The translations under genes were made by a program, and so were the position numbers. Shown one piece after another: positions 35,882-45,352 of a stretch of DNA of 64,000 nucleotides. Numbering within the stretch: the stretch's first letter is position 1; every line of letters begins with the position of its first letter. The notes beneath the pieces are model-generated. The model had not been told where the DNA came from. It made no database searches and saw only the letters and a list, made by a program, of their open reading frames with translations. The stretch comes from Candidatus Nomurabacteria bacterium (GTDB taxonomy: Bacteria; Patescibacteriota; Saccharimonadia; Saccharimonadales; HK-STAS-PATE-42), in assembly GCA_023898665.1 (NCBI GenBank), contig CP060233.1:82801-146800 (forward strand), in the 5' to 3' direction.

Positions 35882-36634
35882 CTATAAGTTTAACAGAAGT
35901 GGATCTATTATCTCTGCAGTCTTAATGCCTCTCTTCTCTAACCATTCTTCTGCCTCAATTGCTTTAGACAGGGCTACATCAGCACTTTGTACGATGTCTG
36001 GGCCCAACTCGCCTAATATGAATTGTGCAACATGCTTTTTAGTAATATCCACATGACCGGCTTCGTTCAAGATGAAGTTATAAGGAAGATTATGTTCTAA
36101 GATATATCTTATCTCTGCAGGATATCGAGCAATACGCTGCATTTTCCTTGACTCTTTCATACCATCCGGCCGATTCATCATCTGGCTAGAAAGATCCTCC
36201 ATACTAGACTGCAAAAGATATACGGCCTTCATATCGACTCTGGCCTTAATAATGTCAGGATTTTTAGACTCAACAATCTGCCTCACCCCGCTTACCTCTA
36301 TATCCATAACTATTGGCTGGTTATACGGAGGCACCTTAGAACCATATAGCTCGCCTGAATGCGGAGAATATTGAATATATACACCTTTTGAGATGTTGTC
36401 TTCCATGAGTTCTCTAGGTGTATTGAAATTGTATGCTAATGGATCTTCACCGTGATCTACCCTACAGGCTCTTGTTGTATCAGATATATCCAGTGCTCTT
36501 TCTTTTCCCCAAGCTAGCCTATCTAACTCAGCTAGGGTTTCTAGAATAACCGGGAGTACACTAGACTTGCCTCCTGCCATTGGCCCTGAAACAACTACGA
36601 TCTGAGGTGTTTTTATTTTGGATTTTGCTCGCAT
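35882..36634 (-). CDS. Guanylate kinase-like P-loop protein (divergent)
   Basis: VVVSGPMAGGKSS P-loop, TTRACRVDHGEDPLAYNF (the TTRxxRxxExxGxxYxF pattern) and ELYGS. The C-terminal ~70 aa are an extra helical extension. Confidence 0.55.
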   Translation of the reverse strand: MRAKSKIKTPQIVVVSGPMAGGKSSVLPVILETLAELDRLAWGKERALDISDTTRACRVDHGEDPLAYNFNTPRELMEDNISKGVYIQYSPHSGELYGSKVPPYNQPIVMDIEVSGVRQIVESKNPDIIKARVDMKAVYLLQSSMEDLSSQMMNRPDGMKESRKMQRIARYPAEIRYILEHNLPYNFILNEAGHVDITKKHVAQFILGELGPDIVQSADVALSKAIEAEEWLEKRGIKTAEIIDPLLLNL

Positions 36635-36775
36635 TTTAAACTAATTATACATAAAAAGAATTTTGCCTGAAGTTGTGAGATTTGCTATGGCTGGGGAGGG
36701 GTAAGTTGAGTAGTGATTGAGGGGTGGTGTATATTAAGCTTAGTTAATACTTATACCTCAGGAGGGTATTAAAAT

Positions 36776-37543
36776 ATGGCTGATTTAAAATCAATGTTAA
36801 AAGACGTGAATCCCGTTGCTCTGGTTGCAGAGATGCTGGGAACATTCATGCTGACTTTTGCAGTTTTAGTAGCTGCTAAGTTTGCGGCTGGTGGAGCACA
36901 ATTAGTGCAACAAAACCCACTTGCTGGCGGACTGGAGTCTGTACCAGTCTACTTTATATCTGTACCACTAATTGCGGCATTTACTGTCGGATTAGGAGTA
37001 ATGACTTTAGGTAAATTTAGTGGTGGTCACTTTAACCCAGGCATCAGCTTTGGGATGTGGACTGCTAAAAAGATTAGAACAGCGCCTGCAGTTGCTTACA
37101 TTCTAGTCCAGTTGCTCGGAGCTTTTGCAGCTTTTGGAGTAATGCAGTTATTTGTACCAGAAGTTACAGCTTTGACATTTAGTAATGCTGAGGCTTGGAA
37201 GATCTTTGCGGCTGAAGCTCTAGGTATGTTTGTGTTTGCCTTTGGAGTTAGTGCCGCTGTGAGTGAAGAGCGCTCTACATTTGAAGCAGGATTCATGGTT
37301 GGTGCATCACTCTTCTTGGGCTTAGCTTTTACTGCAGTTGCAACAGGAGATCCAGGATTCTTAAATCCAGCAGTCTTTATGGCTACTGTACGTGAATCTC
37401 TTGCTGACTTAAGTTTAGGGCCAGTGTTTGGACCGCTTGTTGGTGCGACTCTAGGAGTGGCTGTATATAACTTACTTCAAGATCCAAACTCTTTGAAGTT
37501 GACTCTTCCTAAAAAGAAAGTTGCTGTGAAGAAAAAGAAGTAG
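36776..37543 (+). CDS. MIP-family channel (aquaporin/glycerol facilitator-like)
   Basis: SGGHFNPGISFG (first NPA box reads NPG) and NPAVFMA (second NPA box); 6 TM helices. AGGAGG lies 8 nt upstream of the ATG. Confidence 0.82.
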   Translation: MADLKSMLKDVNPVALVAEMLGTFMLTFAVLVAAKFAAGGAQLVQQNPLAGGLESVPVYFISVPLIAAFTVGLGVMTLGKFSGGHFNPGISFGMWTAKKIRTAPAVAYILVQLLGAFAAFGVMQLFVPEVTALTFSNAEAWKIFAAEALGMFVFAFGVSAAVSEERSTFEAGFMVGASLFLGLAFTAVATGDPGFLNPAVFMATVRESLADLSLGPVFGPLVGATLGVAVYNLLQDPNSLKLTLPKKKVAVKKKK

Positions 37544-37570
37544 CTATAAAACACTATTTTTTGAGATATT

Positions 37571-37604
37571 AGACCCGAGAGAAAAAACCTCGGGTCTATT
37601 TCTT
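37571..37604 (+). terminator. Rho-independent terminator after the MIP channel gene
   Basis: AGACCCGAG-agaaaaaac-CTCGGGTCT, a perfect 9-bp stem, followed by ATTTCTT. Confidence 0.7.
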
Positions 37605-37718
37605 AAGTAAAACTCAATTACTAGATCCTTCGCTTGCACTCAGGATGACGGCTCAGGGAGCCACTTATAAATCCAAGGTGTAAATGTTATAATAATATCC
37701 AGTTCAGCTTGATTTGAT

Positions 37719-37812
37719 GGAGAGGTACCCAAGTGGCTGAAGGGGCGGCTTTGCTAAAGCTGTAGGGGGATGTTAAGTCCTCGCGGGGGTTCGAATCCCC
37801 CTCTCTCCGCCA
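37719..37812 (+). tRNA. tRNA-Ser (anticodon GCU), long variable arm
   Basis: GGAGAGG TA CCCAAGTGGCTGAAGGGG CGGCT TTGCTAA AGCTG + variable arm + GGGGG TTCGAAT CCCCC TCTCTCC G CCA. Confidence 0.88.
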
Positions 37813-37814
37813 TA

Positions 37815-37856
37815 AAAAATAGTCTAGACATATACTTTGGTCTAGACTATTTTTTA
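37815..37856. terminator. Bidirectional hairpin terminator between tRNA-Ser and the ftsA 3' end
   Basis: AAAAAATAGTCTAGAC-atatactttg-GTCTAGACTATTTTTT. The 12-bp perfect stem is flanked by an A-run and a T-run. Confidence 0.65.
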
Positions 37857-37863
37857 TTTGAGC

Positions 37864-39255
37864 TTAAGTTCTTAGGACCTTTTTGAAGGATTCCTTTAGC
37901 TTGGACTCTGGTTCGATGGCGATCATGGTATCTTGTCCTACCCTCAATAGTCCTAGAGCAGTAATGAAGGTATGGTCGGACACTTTTTCGGTTAGATCTT
38001 TAATGCCTTTGGCGGCGTCTGCACGAATTAGACCAACTCGTGGTTTATGGGCGAATGGAAGATCTTTAAACCAGCCCTCGGTATTGAGAGATTTTGGTAG
38101 GATCTCAAGCGAAGATCCACCCCCACAAAGCATTATGACACTAGGCAGGGCCCCGTACTTTTCTCCTTGTTCTTCTATAAACTCAGAGATACTAAGTTCA
38201 ACCCCAGCCGTCCAAACTTCGGCAGTTTTTTGAAGTGATTTTGTAGCAGCCGCTCTTTGAGATGCAGAATACTCTGATGAGCCTAAGTTTACTTTGAGCT
38301 TTTCTGCGGCAGCAAAACTAATACCAAGATCTTCTGATATGGCCTTAGTGAAGCTTCTACCACCGATACCGAATGACCGAGTGCCCTGTACTCCACCCTC
38401 CTCTACAAAGGCTATATCGGTAGTGCCGCCTCCTACATCAATTAATATTGCCGAGACTGAGCTGGATGGATCTGTGCCAATAACTGTTCGTGATACTGCA
38501 AAAGGCTCCGCAGCGATAGCCATAAGATCAAGCTCTAATTGATGAGCGACCTGTTGAAGAGCTCCAATATGGACCATTGGCGCAAACGCCGAATAAAGTC
38601 TAATTGAGAGCTTAGAACCCTGAAAGCCAATTGGGTTAGATATTTTATACCCATCTACAAACATAGCGACAATAGCGGAGTTAATAAGCTTAACGTCTAT
38701 ATCGTCTTCTCCGGTCTCTTCAGAGAGTTGCCGTGAGGCTTTTGATCTGCTTTGGTTTTGGGCTTTTTCTATGACAAACTGCATCTCCTCTGCTGTAATT
38801 TGAGCCTCTGGGTTGGATCTTTTATAGGTAATAGTATAGGTTATGCCTCTCACTAATTCTCCAGCAATACCTAGAACTGCTTTTGACACCCCAGCTCCTG
38901 CCATACTTTCGGCCTCTGCCAATGCTTGTTCACAGTTGTCGACTACTCCGGCGATATCAGCAATTGCTCCAGCGTGCATATCAGTTAGATTCTGGTGTTT
39001 TTTGCTAACGCCAATGACATTGATATTATCTCCTTCGATTTCTGCCACCAGAGCTTTTACATATTCCGTACCAATATCTAAGCCAGAGATAACACTACGA
39101 CTACTGTTATTTTGGTTCTCTGGCTCTTCGGTATTTTTCTCTTTTTTGGTAAAGAAAGATTTTTTTAAGTCTTGTAGTTTGTGGCTAGAGGCTTTTACTC
39201 CACCGAGTCTTTTATCGATTGATTCTTTAAGTTTCATTTTTTGGCGAATATTCAT
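37864..39255 (-). CDS. ftsA: Cell division protein FtsA (actin-like ATPase) with an N-terminal extension
   Basis: ISGLDIGTEYVKALVAE (phosphate 1), AILIDVGGGTTDIAF (phosphate 2) and the conserved GAIADIAGVVDNCEQALAEAESMAG block. Confidence 0.8.
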   Translation of the reverse strand: MNIRQKMKLKESIDKRLGGVKASSHKLQDLKKSFFTKKEKNTEEPENQNNSSRSVISGLDIGTEYVKALVAEIEGDNINVIGVSKKHQNLTDMHAGAIADIAGVVDNCEQALAEAESMAGAGVSKAVLGIAGELVRGITYTITYKRSNPEAQITAEEMQFVIEKAQNQSRSKASRQLSEETGEDDIDVKLINSAIVAMFVDGYKISNPIGFQGSKLSIRLYSAFAPMVHIGALQQVAHQLELDLMAIAAEPFAVSRTVIGTDPSSSVSAILIDVGGGTTDIAFVEEGGVQGTRSFGIGGRSFTKAISEDLGISFAAAEKLKVNLGSSEYSASQRAAATKSLQKTAEVWTAGVELSISEFIEEQGEKYGALPSVIMLCGGGSSLEILPKSLNTEGWFKDLPFAHKPRVGLIRADAAKGIKDLTEKVSDHTFITALGLLRVGQDTMIAIEPESKLKESFKKVLRT

Positions 39256-39378
39256 GAGTAGTTTTAGCAGAAAATTTGTACTAGTAGTTTAGCATAAGCG
39301 TGGTGGGTAGGGCAATCGACTTACGGGGTAAATATATGGCTTTTTGATTAATTTTGCGGTATAATCGTTTTTAGATTT

Positions 39379-39456
39379 GCTCCGGTAGCTCAGTTGGATT
39401 AGAGCGGGCGGCTTCTACCCGCCAGGTCATAGGTTCGAGTCCTATCCGGAGCACCA
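39379..39456 (+). tRNA. tRNA-Arg (anticodon UCU)
   Basis: GCTCCGG TA GCTC AGTTGGATTA GAGC G GGCGG CTTCTAC CCGCC AGGTC ATAGG TTCGAGT CCTAT CCGGAGC ACCA. Confidence 0.9.
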
Positions 39457-39522
39457 TTCGAAAAGCTCAAAGTAAACCCATCCTTCATAGTTATAAATAA
39501 GACTACGGAGGATTTTTTGTTA

Positions 39523-40305
39523 CTAATGACTTGGGATTTCATTCCCCTCCATTAACTCAGGGTTTTCCTCTATTAGTAGTAATCGAAGATCTTCTCTACC
39601 CATTGGCCCGATTCCATTTATACCGGTTGCCACCGCTTCTTGATAAAAAGACATAACTAAAGGATCTGACAATATGGCATGACTTACTATACCTCTTCTT
39701 TTTGTTCTTTCTTTATATTCATAATATGAACCCCAGCCTCCAATATATCCATGAACAAAAAAGGTATCTAGGTCTTCAAACCATTCTGGGTGAGTTCTTT
39801 CAACAATTAGCCTCCAAATCGGCCTAGCAATTGCCTTACATCTCGCCCACTCTTCATTGGGAACCCTAACTTTAGTAGTGCCTGGATAAGGTATGTCGGG
39901 AAGAGAATCACCACTAAGTGCACGCCTGCTATGGATAACTCTTACTAAATCCATCATCCTGTAATACATTGGTTCTAAATATGGGTAAAATTTATAATTA
40001 CTCCTAGAATTGAGGTCAACAACAGCATCAGGTAATTTACCATACAGCAGTTTGTATGTTTCTTCTCTCATTCTTGATGCGTCATCTACGTAATCTACTA
40101 TTTCTTGCATCATAGTATAGTTAAGAAAAGTTGATCTAGTAGAGGCATCTACTTTTCTTCCTATAGAAGTAAGCCTAAAACAAGTGTCAAATGGAATTTT
40201 ACCTTCTTTTATTAATTCGTTTATTTCCCCCATCGGGCCCCAGTCATGGACATAATCGTATAGGTAAAATGTCGGGGCACTTTTTTTGTCGAGAGCTGAG
40301 TCCAT
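39523..40305 (-). CDS. Hypothetical protein (260 aa)
   Basis: Intact ORF rich in aromatic residues; no family recognised. Confidence 0.55.
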   Translation of the reverse strand: MDSALDKKSAPTFYLYDYVHDWGPMGEINELIKEGKIPFDTCFRLTSIGRKVDASTRSTFLNYTMMQEIVDYVDDASRMREETYKLLYGKLPDAVVDLNSRSNYKFYPYLEPMYYRMMDLVRVIHSRRALSGDSLPDIPYPGTTKVRVPNEEWARCKAIARPIWRLIVERTHPEWFEDLDTFFVHGYIGGWGSYYEYKERTKRRGIVSHAILSDPLVMSFYQEAVATGINGIGPMGREDLRLLLIEENPELMEGNEIPSH

Positions 40306-40354
40306 TTCTATATTCTAACTGTTGCCACACCACAGTACAAATATAAGCACTTTA

Positions 40355-40645
40355 CTACTCGTTATTACTTTTTCTTTTTTTGCGCTTTTTTTCGAGGGTT
40401 TTTCTTTTTTTAATATATCTTTTTAGGTTGTTGGCTGAGTTTAATAAACTGAATCTATTGGCGTTCTTTCTGACTGGCACAACCTCTGTTTCACCATCTA
40501 TACTTACTCTATACCCTACCCATGCTGCGAACGAGCCCATCCTGCGCCACCTACCTTCACTTACGTTGTTTAGTACTTCTTGTTGTTTTTTTCTTTTCTT
40601 TTTTTCTTTTCTTCTTGCTATCTTTTTTTCGAGTGGATCTGCCAT
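40355..40645 (-). CDS. Small, highly basic protein with K/R-rich tails at both ends (96 aa)
   Basis: RRKEKKKRKKQQ at the N-terminus and KKRKTLEKKRKKRKSNNE at the C-terminus flank a ~50-aa core (GRWRRMGSFAAWVGYRVSIDGETEVVPVRK). Confidence 0.45.
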   Translation of the reverse strand: MADPLEKKIARRKEKKKRKKQQEVLNNVSEGRWRRMGSFAAWVGYRVSIDGETEVVPVRKNANRFSLLNSANNLKRYIKKRKTLEKKRKKRKSNNE

Positions 40646-40691
40646 GGAGGGTATTCTACTCCTTAAGTGAGTTTAGTTCAATAAGAAAATC

Positions 40692-42431
40692 GTGCTAAAC
40701 TTAACCTTAATGAGTAATAGTGCGAGTTTATTCACAGAATTAAGCCTAGTAGTTGCTATTGGGGCTTTTGTAGCTGGGCTTATGCATAGATTTAGACAAC
40801 CTCTGGTTATTGGGCATATTTTAACTGGTTTATTAGTTGGTCCGGCTTTTTTAAATTTAATTCACGAAGAATCAGCTTTCGGGGTTTTTGGGACGATTGG
40901 AGTATCTCTGCTTTTATTTATTATTGGTTTAGAACTCAATATAAAAGTATTTCAAAGACTCGGTAATATCGTTGTTACTACTACTGCTGTACAGGTTGGA
41001 AGTATAACAATTATAGGAGTGTTGGCTAGTAAGCTGTTAGGTTTTGGGAGTATGGAATCTTTTATTATCGGTTTAGCTTTGGCGCTTAGTAGCACGATAA
41101 TTATTATTAAGATCTTAAATGATAAGAAAGAGACTACCAGGCTTTATGCTCAAGTGGCGATTGGAGTCTTAATTTTACAGGATCTTGTTGCAACAGCTGG
41201 AAAGATCTTTATCTCTGCCCAATCTGGGGATGCCGGATCTTTTTTTAGTATTTTGTTTTTGCTCGTAAGAGGAGCTGCGGTTGCTGGGGTACTCTATTGG
41301 GCGAGCAAAGAGCTACTACCTAGATTAACTAAGGAGCTAGAAGGATCTAAAGAATTACTACTTTTGTTTGCAATGGGTTGGGGGTTAGGTTTTGCTGTTC
41401 TATTTGAGAAGGTAGGGTTTTCTACAGAAATCGGGGCTCTCTTTGCTGGAGTCAGTATGGCTACCTTGCCATATAGTCATGAAGTCGGGGCTAGATTGAA
41501 ACCACTAAGAGACTTCTTTATTGTTATCTTCTTTATAACACTTGGTTATGGAATCGTACCGGGACAGCTTTTTGAGGTATTATTCCCGGCGATTATATTA
41601 AGCTTAATAGTTGTTATGATCAAGCCAGTGGTCGTAATGTCGAGTATGGGATTCTCGGGCTATACAAAAAGGGCAAGTTTTAAAGCCGCTGTCGCACTTG
41701 GACAAGTCAGTGAGTTTTCTTTAGTTTTCCTATTCTCTGCTGTTGGTTATGGGTTGGCAAGTGACAAAGCAAAATCTACAGTAACTCTTGTTGCTTTAAT
41801 AACTTTTGCAACTTCTACTTATATGATGAAGTATGATGATGAATTGTTTAATAAGTTAGAGAAGCACTTAAGATTATTTGAGAGAAAGGTGACTAAGTTA
41901 GAGCAAAAAACAGCGATGCAAAGATACCCAGTTGTACTACTGGGCTATAGAAAAGGTGGGGCAGAGTTTATCAGAACTTTTGTAAAAATGAAGAAGAGAT
42001 TTGTCGTAGTAGATTATGATCCTGAAGTGATAGAACTACTTGAGAGACAAAAACTAAACTTAATTTATGGGGATGTAACAGACCCTGAGATGACCGAGGA
42101 GCTACAGCTTGATTCTGCCAAGTTAATTGTCTCGACAATTTCTGACTTTAATACCAATGAGTACTTGGCTCACTGGCTCACAAATCATAATCCAGGGGCA
42201 GTATTCATATGTGGCGCTGAGACAGCAAATGATGCGGCTGAGTTATACTCTAGAGGTGCAGCATATGTAATGATGCCCCATTTTATTGGATCGGAGAAGA
42301 TTGGTAATTTCTTACAGAAGAGTGGTCTTAGTAAATCTGAGTTTAAAAAGTTTAGAGAGAAACATTTACAACATCTAGAGACTTACTTTTCGGAAGAGAT
42401 AAATAACGAACCGATTGAAGAAGATCTTTAG
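40692..42431 (+). CDS. CPA2-family cation:proton antiporter with a C-terminal RCK/TrkA-N domain
   Basis: About 12 TM helices (Kef-like) followed by a Rossmann-like domain (VVLLGYRKGGAEFIRTF...VVVDYDPE). GTG start at 40692; an alternative ATG lies at 40710. Confidence 0.85.
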   Translation: MLNLTLMSNSASLFTELSLVVAIGAFVAGLMHRFRQPLVIGHILTGLLVGPAFLNLIHEESAFGVFGTIGVSLLLFIIGLELNIKVFQRLGNIVVTTTAVQVGSITIIGVLASKLLGFGSMESFIIGLALALSSTIIIIKILNDKKETTRLYAQVAIGVLILQDLVATAGKIFISAQSGDAGSFFSILFLLVRGAAVAGVLYWASKELLPRLTKELEGSKELLLLFAMGWGLGFAVLFEKVGFSTEIGALFAGVSMATLPYSHEVGARLKPLRDFFIVIFFITLGYGIVPGQLFEVLFPAIILSLIVVMIKPVVVMSSMGFSGYTKRASFKAAVALGQVSEFSLVFLFSAVGYGLASDKAKSTVTLVALITFATSTYMMKYDDELFNKLEKHLRLFERKVTKLEQKTAMQRYPVVLLGYRKGGAEFIRTFVKMKKRFVVVDYDPEVIELLERQKLNLIYGDVTDPEMTEELQLDSAKLIVSTISDFNTNEYLAHWLTNHNPGAVFICGAETANDAAELYSRGAAYVMMPHFIGSEKIGNFLQKSGLSKSEFKKFREKHLQHLETYFSEEINNEPIEEDL

Positions 42432-42474
42432 TCTTATCGTTATTTTAATTTAAGCTTAAGTTAATTCAGGTTTC

Positions 42475-45216
42475 TTAGGGCTGGTTATTGTTTACCGTAA
42501 CAGTTATTGAGGATTCACCGATATAGTAGCCCGCATCCTGCACGACTACTTTTAGCGTGTGCGTTCCGTTAGTTAAGTTTTGGGGATACACCTTCACTCC
42601 TGGTGAAGCAGTTAGATTCTGTGTTAGGTTGCCATCTACATATAACGAGGCAGTCTGTAGAGCGTGGGTCCCTTGCCCTAAGTTAACTGTAATTGAATAC
42701 TTACCTGATGTGCCTACTGCAGAAAGACTTACTGTTGGTTTGACATCTGAACATTGGTGGAAATCGTCATTATTCTTAAGGTCGTATCCTTCGGCTTGGT
42801 ATTCGACATCATTTGGACCTGATCCCCTTACTCCAATAGCTTGGACCCTTTCTTTAGCAGCTTCTGGAGTACACTCGGTTGCAAGCTTTTTAGAAACCCT
42901 ATCCACTAGGAACTCTTTTCCTGGTAGTGGCTTTGGGGCTTTGAACCAACTCTGGAACCAATCTGTACGACCGTCTACTGTTAACTTTTGGATACCAGCA
43001 GGGCGCTCAAAGAAGTCTTCTGACTTCCAGCCTTTTAGTTGGTAAACACCTTTCATATAGTTGGTCCAAATCGGACCTGTCATACGGCTTGTGATAGCAT
43101 GCATACCTCCACGGTCACTTCTATCTACAAGAACTCCTGTTACTAGTTTAGGAGTAAATCCCATTTGCCAACCTTCTGCGTTTCTGTTTGTTGTACCAGT
43201 TTTAACTCCGTTTTTTATACCGGGTATAGTTAAGTCTCGACTGTTTCTTCCAAAGGTACCGGACCTGGCTTCGTCATCGCTTAATATATCGGTTAATAGC
43301 CATGCGATTTCTGCATTCAATGCTTGCTCTCCTGGAGTATCCTTCCATTCTTCTAATATTTCTCCGCTACCTGTTTGTATTCTTAAGACCTTTGCTTGTG
43401 GTTTATATTTTCCAGCTCTAACAAAAGTTGAGTAAGCATTCACATGCTCTTCGAGCTTAACTTCGCATCCACCAAGAACAACAGCTATGTTATAGCTTTT
43501 GCCAGCTGCTTTTGTCAACTCACACAAGTCTTTATCTCCCATCGATTTAGCAAGCTGCACAGTAGGCTCTACCCCTGCTATCTCAATTGCACGAAGTGCT
43601 GGCAAATTCCTAGACTCTGGCAAAGCTTTTCTTATAGGCATTGGTCCTTTAAATTTATTATCGAAATTGTTTGGAGAGTAGTCATTTCCGTCACCACCTA
43701 AGCCTTTCCAGGTTTTTGGAGTATCAAGTATTGTGCTACCTGGACCCCAGTCTGAGCTTTGCATTAACTTCGCGTAAGCGAATGGCTTAATACTACTTCC
43801 TGGTTGACGAGGTTCTGTGGCTTCGTTATACTGCCCAAAACCTTCATATTTAAAGTCTCTGCTACCTACATACGCCATAACTTGTCCGGTTGATGGGTCT
43901 TCGGACACTAATGCAGCATTATCACCTCCGCCATTATCTATTGTCCTCATACCTCTTGCTACTGCATCCTCAGCAATTTGTTGCATGTCCCAGTCAAGGG
44001 TAGTTATAACTTTGTATCCTCCTGTTTGTAGAGCCTTGTTACCAAACTTATCTTCAAGTTCTTTTTGTACGTCTAGTACAAAGTGAGGTGCTTTTATGTC
44101 ATCATATTGTCCTTTTAGGGCGAGCTCCTTAGGCTGTATCTCATCAAGAACAGCTGTTACATCTACATTATCTGCATCTTCTTGGGAAATATACTTGAGC
44201 TCTACCATACCCTTAAGAGCCGCATTCATCCTAGCTTCTAATAATTCTGGTCTAAATGAATCTCTATAAGGGTCGTATCGTGATGGGCTTTGAGGAATTG
44301 ACGCTAAGAAGACTGACTCTCCAATTGTTAAGTCTTTAGCATGTTTTGAATCTCCAAAATAACGCTGTGAGGCTCTTTCAACTCCAGTAGCTGTACCACC
44401 ATAGTTATTTGAATTTAGGTAGAGAGTTAGAATTTGATCTTTTGAATAAGTCCTTTCAACCTCAATGGCGAGAATAAGCTCTTTAAGTTTTCTTGAAATA
44501 CTTTTTTCGGTTGTTAATAACTCATTCTTTACCAACTGTTGTGTAATTGTGGATCCACCTTGGCTAGTGGCATTTCCACTCGAACTATTTCGTAGCACTG
44601 CCCTAAGGAGGCCTTTAGGGTCAAATCCTCTATGACTATTGAAGTTTCTATCCTCAAGCGCGATTGTGGCATGTTTAATGTTGTCTGATATTTTGTCACT
44701 TTCAATAACTGTTCTGTCTTTTTGGCCTTTTTGTTCCCACAGTAGAACCTGTCCTGTCCTGTCGTAGTATTTAACTCCACTATTGTTAATCCTATTAGCT
44801 ATCTCTTCTGGTTTAAGTTTATTTAAGTCTTTGCGGTAGTATGCAAACAACCCAAAAACAAAAAGCCCGAAAAGTAGGATACCGATACCAAATGCTTTAA
44901 GGCTAAAAATTGCTCCTTCTCGAGAAAAAAGAAATTTAAAGAATCTTTTTGGGTGGGCGTACCAGAGTGCTTTCTTAATCTTTCCTACAGGTGGTTTGCC
45001 TAAACCAGCTACTGTCGATCTTGACCCAGTTATTTCACGAGAGTTCAGTAACCCCCTTTTAGTTGGAGTTTTTGAACCAGGACTGGAAAGGTTTTTATAG
45101 GCGAGTGATGAGTTAGATTTAACTCGGCTATTTTTTTTTGTAACGTTATTGATGCCGTTTTTAACGGATTTAGAAAGCTTATCTTTACTGGCTTTCAAAC
45201 TGTTCTTATTAATCAT
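42475..45216 (-). CDS. Class A penicillin-binding protein (transglycosylase/transpeptidase, PBP1A-like) with a C-terminal Ig-like domain
   Basis: 913 aa. GT51 motifs (ALEDRNFNSHRGFD, GGSTITQQLVKN), transpeptidase motifs (PGSSIKPF, KTGTTN) and a beta-rich C-terminal ~90 aa. Confidence 0.92.
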   Translation of the reverse strand: MINKNSLKASKDKLSKSVKNGINNVTKKNSRVKSNSSLAYKNLSSPGSKTPTKRGLLNSREITGSRSTVAGLGKPPVGKIKKALWYAHPKRFFKFLFSREGAIFSLKAFGIGILLFGLFVFGLFAYYRKDLNKLKPEEIANRINNSGVKYYDRTGQVLLWEQKGQKDRTVIESDKISDNIKHATIALEDRNFNSHRGFDPKGLLRAVLRNSSSGNATSQGGSTITQQLVKNELLTTEKSISRKLKELILAIEVERTYSKDQILTLYLNSNNYGGTATGVERASQRYFGDSKHAKDLTIGESVFLASIPQSPSRYDPYRDSFRPELLEARMNAALKGMVELKYISQEDADNVDVTAVLDEIQPKELALKGQYDDIKAPHFVLDVQKELEDKFGNKALQTGGYKVITTLDWDMQQIAEDAVARGMRTIDNGGGDNAALVSEDPSTGQVMAYVGSRDFKYEGFGQYNEATEPRQPGSSIKPFAYAKLMQSSDWGPGSTILDTPKTWKGLGGDGNDYSPNNFDNKFKGPMPIRKALPESRNLPALRAIEIAGVEPTVQLAKSMGDKDLCELTKAAGKSYNIAVVLGGCEVKLEEHVNAYSTFVRAGKYKPQAKVLRIQTGSGEILEEWKDTPGEQALNAEIAWLLTDILSDDEARSGTFGRNSRDLTIPGIKNGVKTGTTNRNAEGWQMGFTPKLVTGVLVDRSDRGGMHAITSRMTGPIWTNYMKGVYQLKGWKSEDFFERPAGIQKLTVDGRTDWFQSWFKAPKPLPGKEFLVDRVSKKLATECTPEAAKERVQAIGVRGSGPNDVEYQAEGYDLKNNDDFHQCSDVKPTVSLSAVGTSGKYSITVNLGQGTHALQTASLYVDGNLTQNLTASPGVKVYPQNLTNGTHTLKVVVQDAGYYIGESSITVTVNNNQP

Positions 45217-45352
45217 AAATTTCTATTCCACCACCTGAAAAGATATATTTTATAGGAAACTAATAGTGCAAAATACAGATCTCTTCTTATAGTCTCTATT
45301 ATATAACAGAAGTGACTAATCAATCAAAGTATACTTTTAAATAAATAAAAGC

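Noticed and set aside
40380-40670. Plus-strand 96-aa ORF opposite the basic protein gene.
   Set aside because: Its Phe/Leu-rich sequence is simply the complement of the Lys/Arg-rich codons of the minus-strand gene.
2281-45000. Many 60-160-aa ORFs in the track lie antisense or out of frame inside long genes. Examples are 2281-2463, 3036-3230, 4148-4513, 6041-6265, 12032-12358, 14074-14379, 15086-15400, 17524-17829, 19198-19470, 30779-31180, 31083-31445, 31436-31825, 34523-34810, 38843-39292, 42557-43045 and 43061-43435.
   Set aside because: They are fully nested in, or mirror, strongly supported genes. They have low-complexity or Ser/Leu/Phe-rich translations typical of shadow ORFs and lack start-site context.
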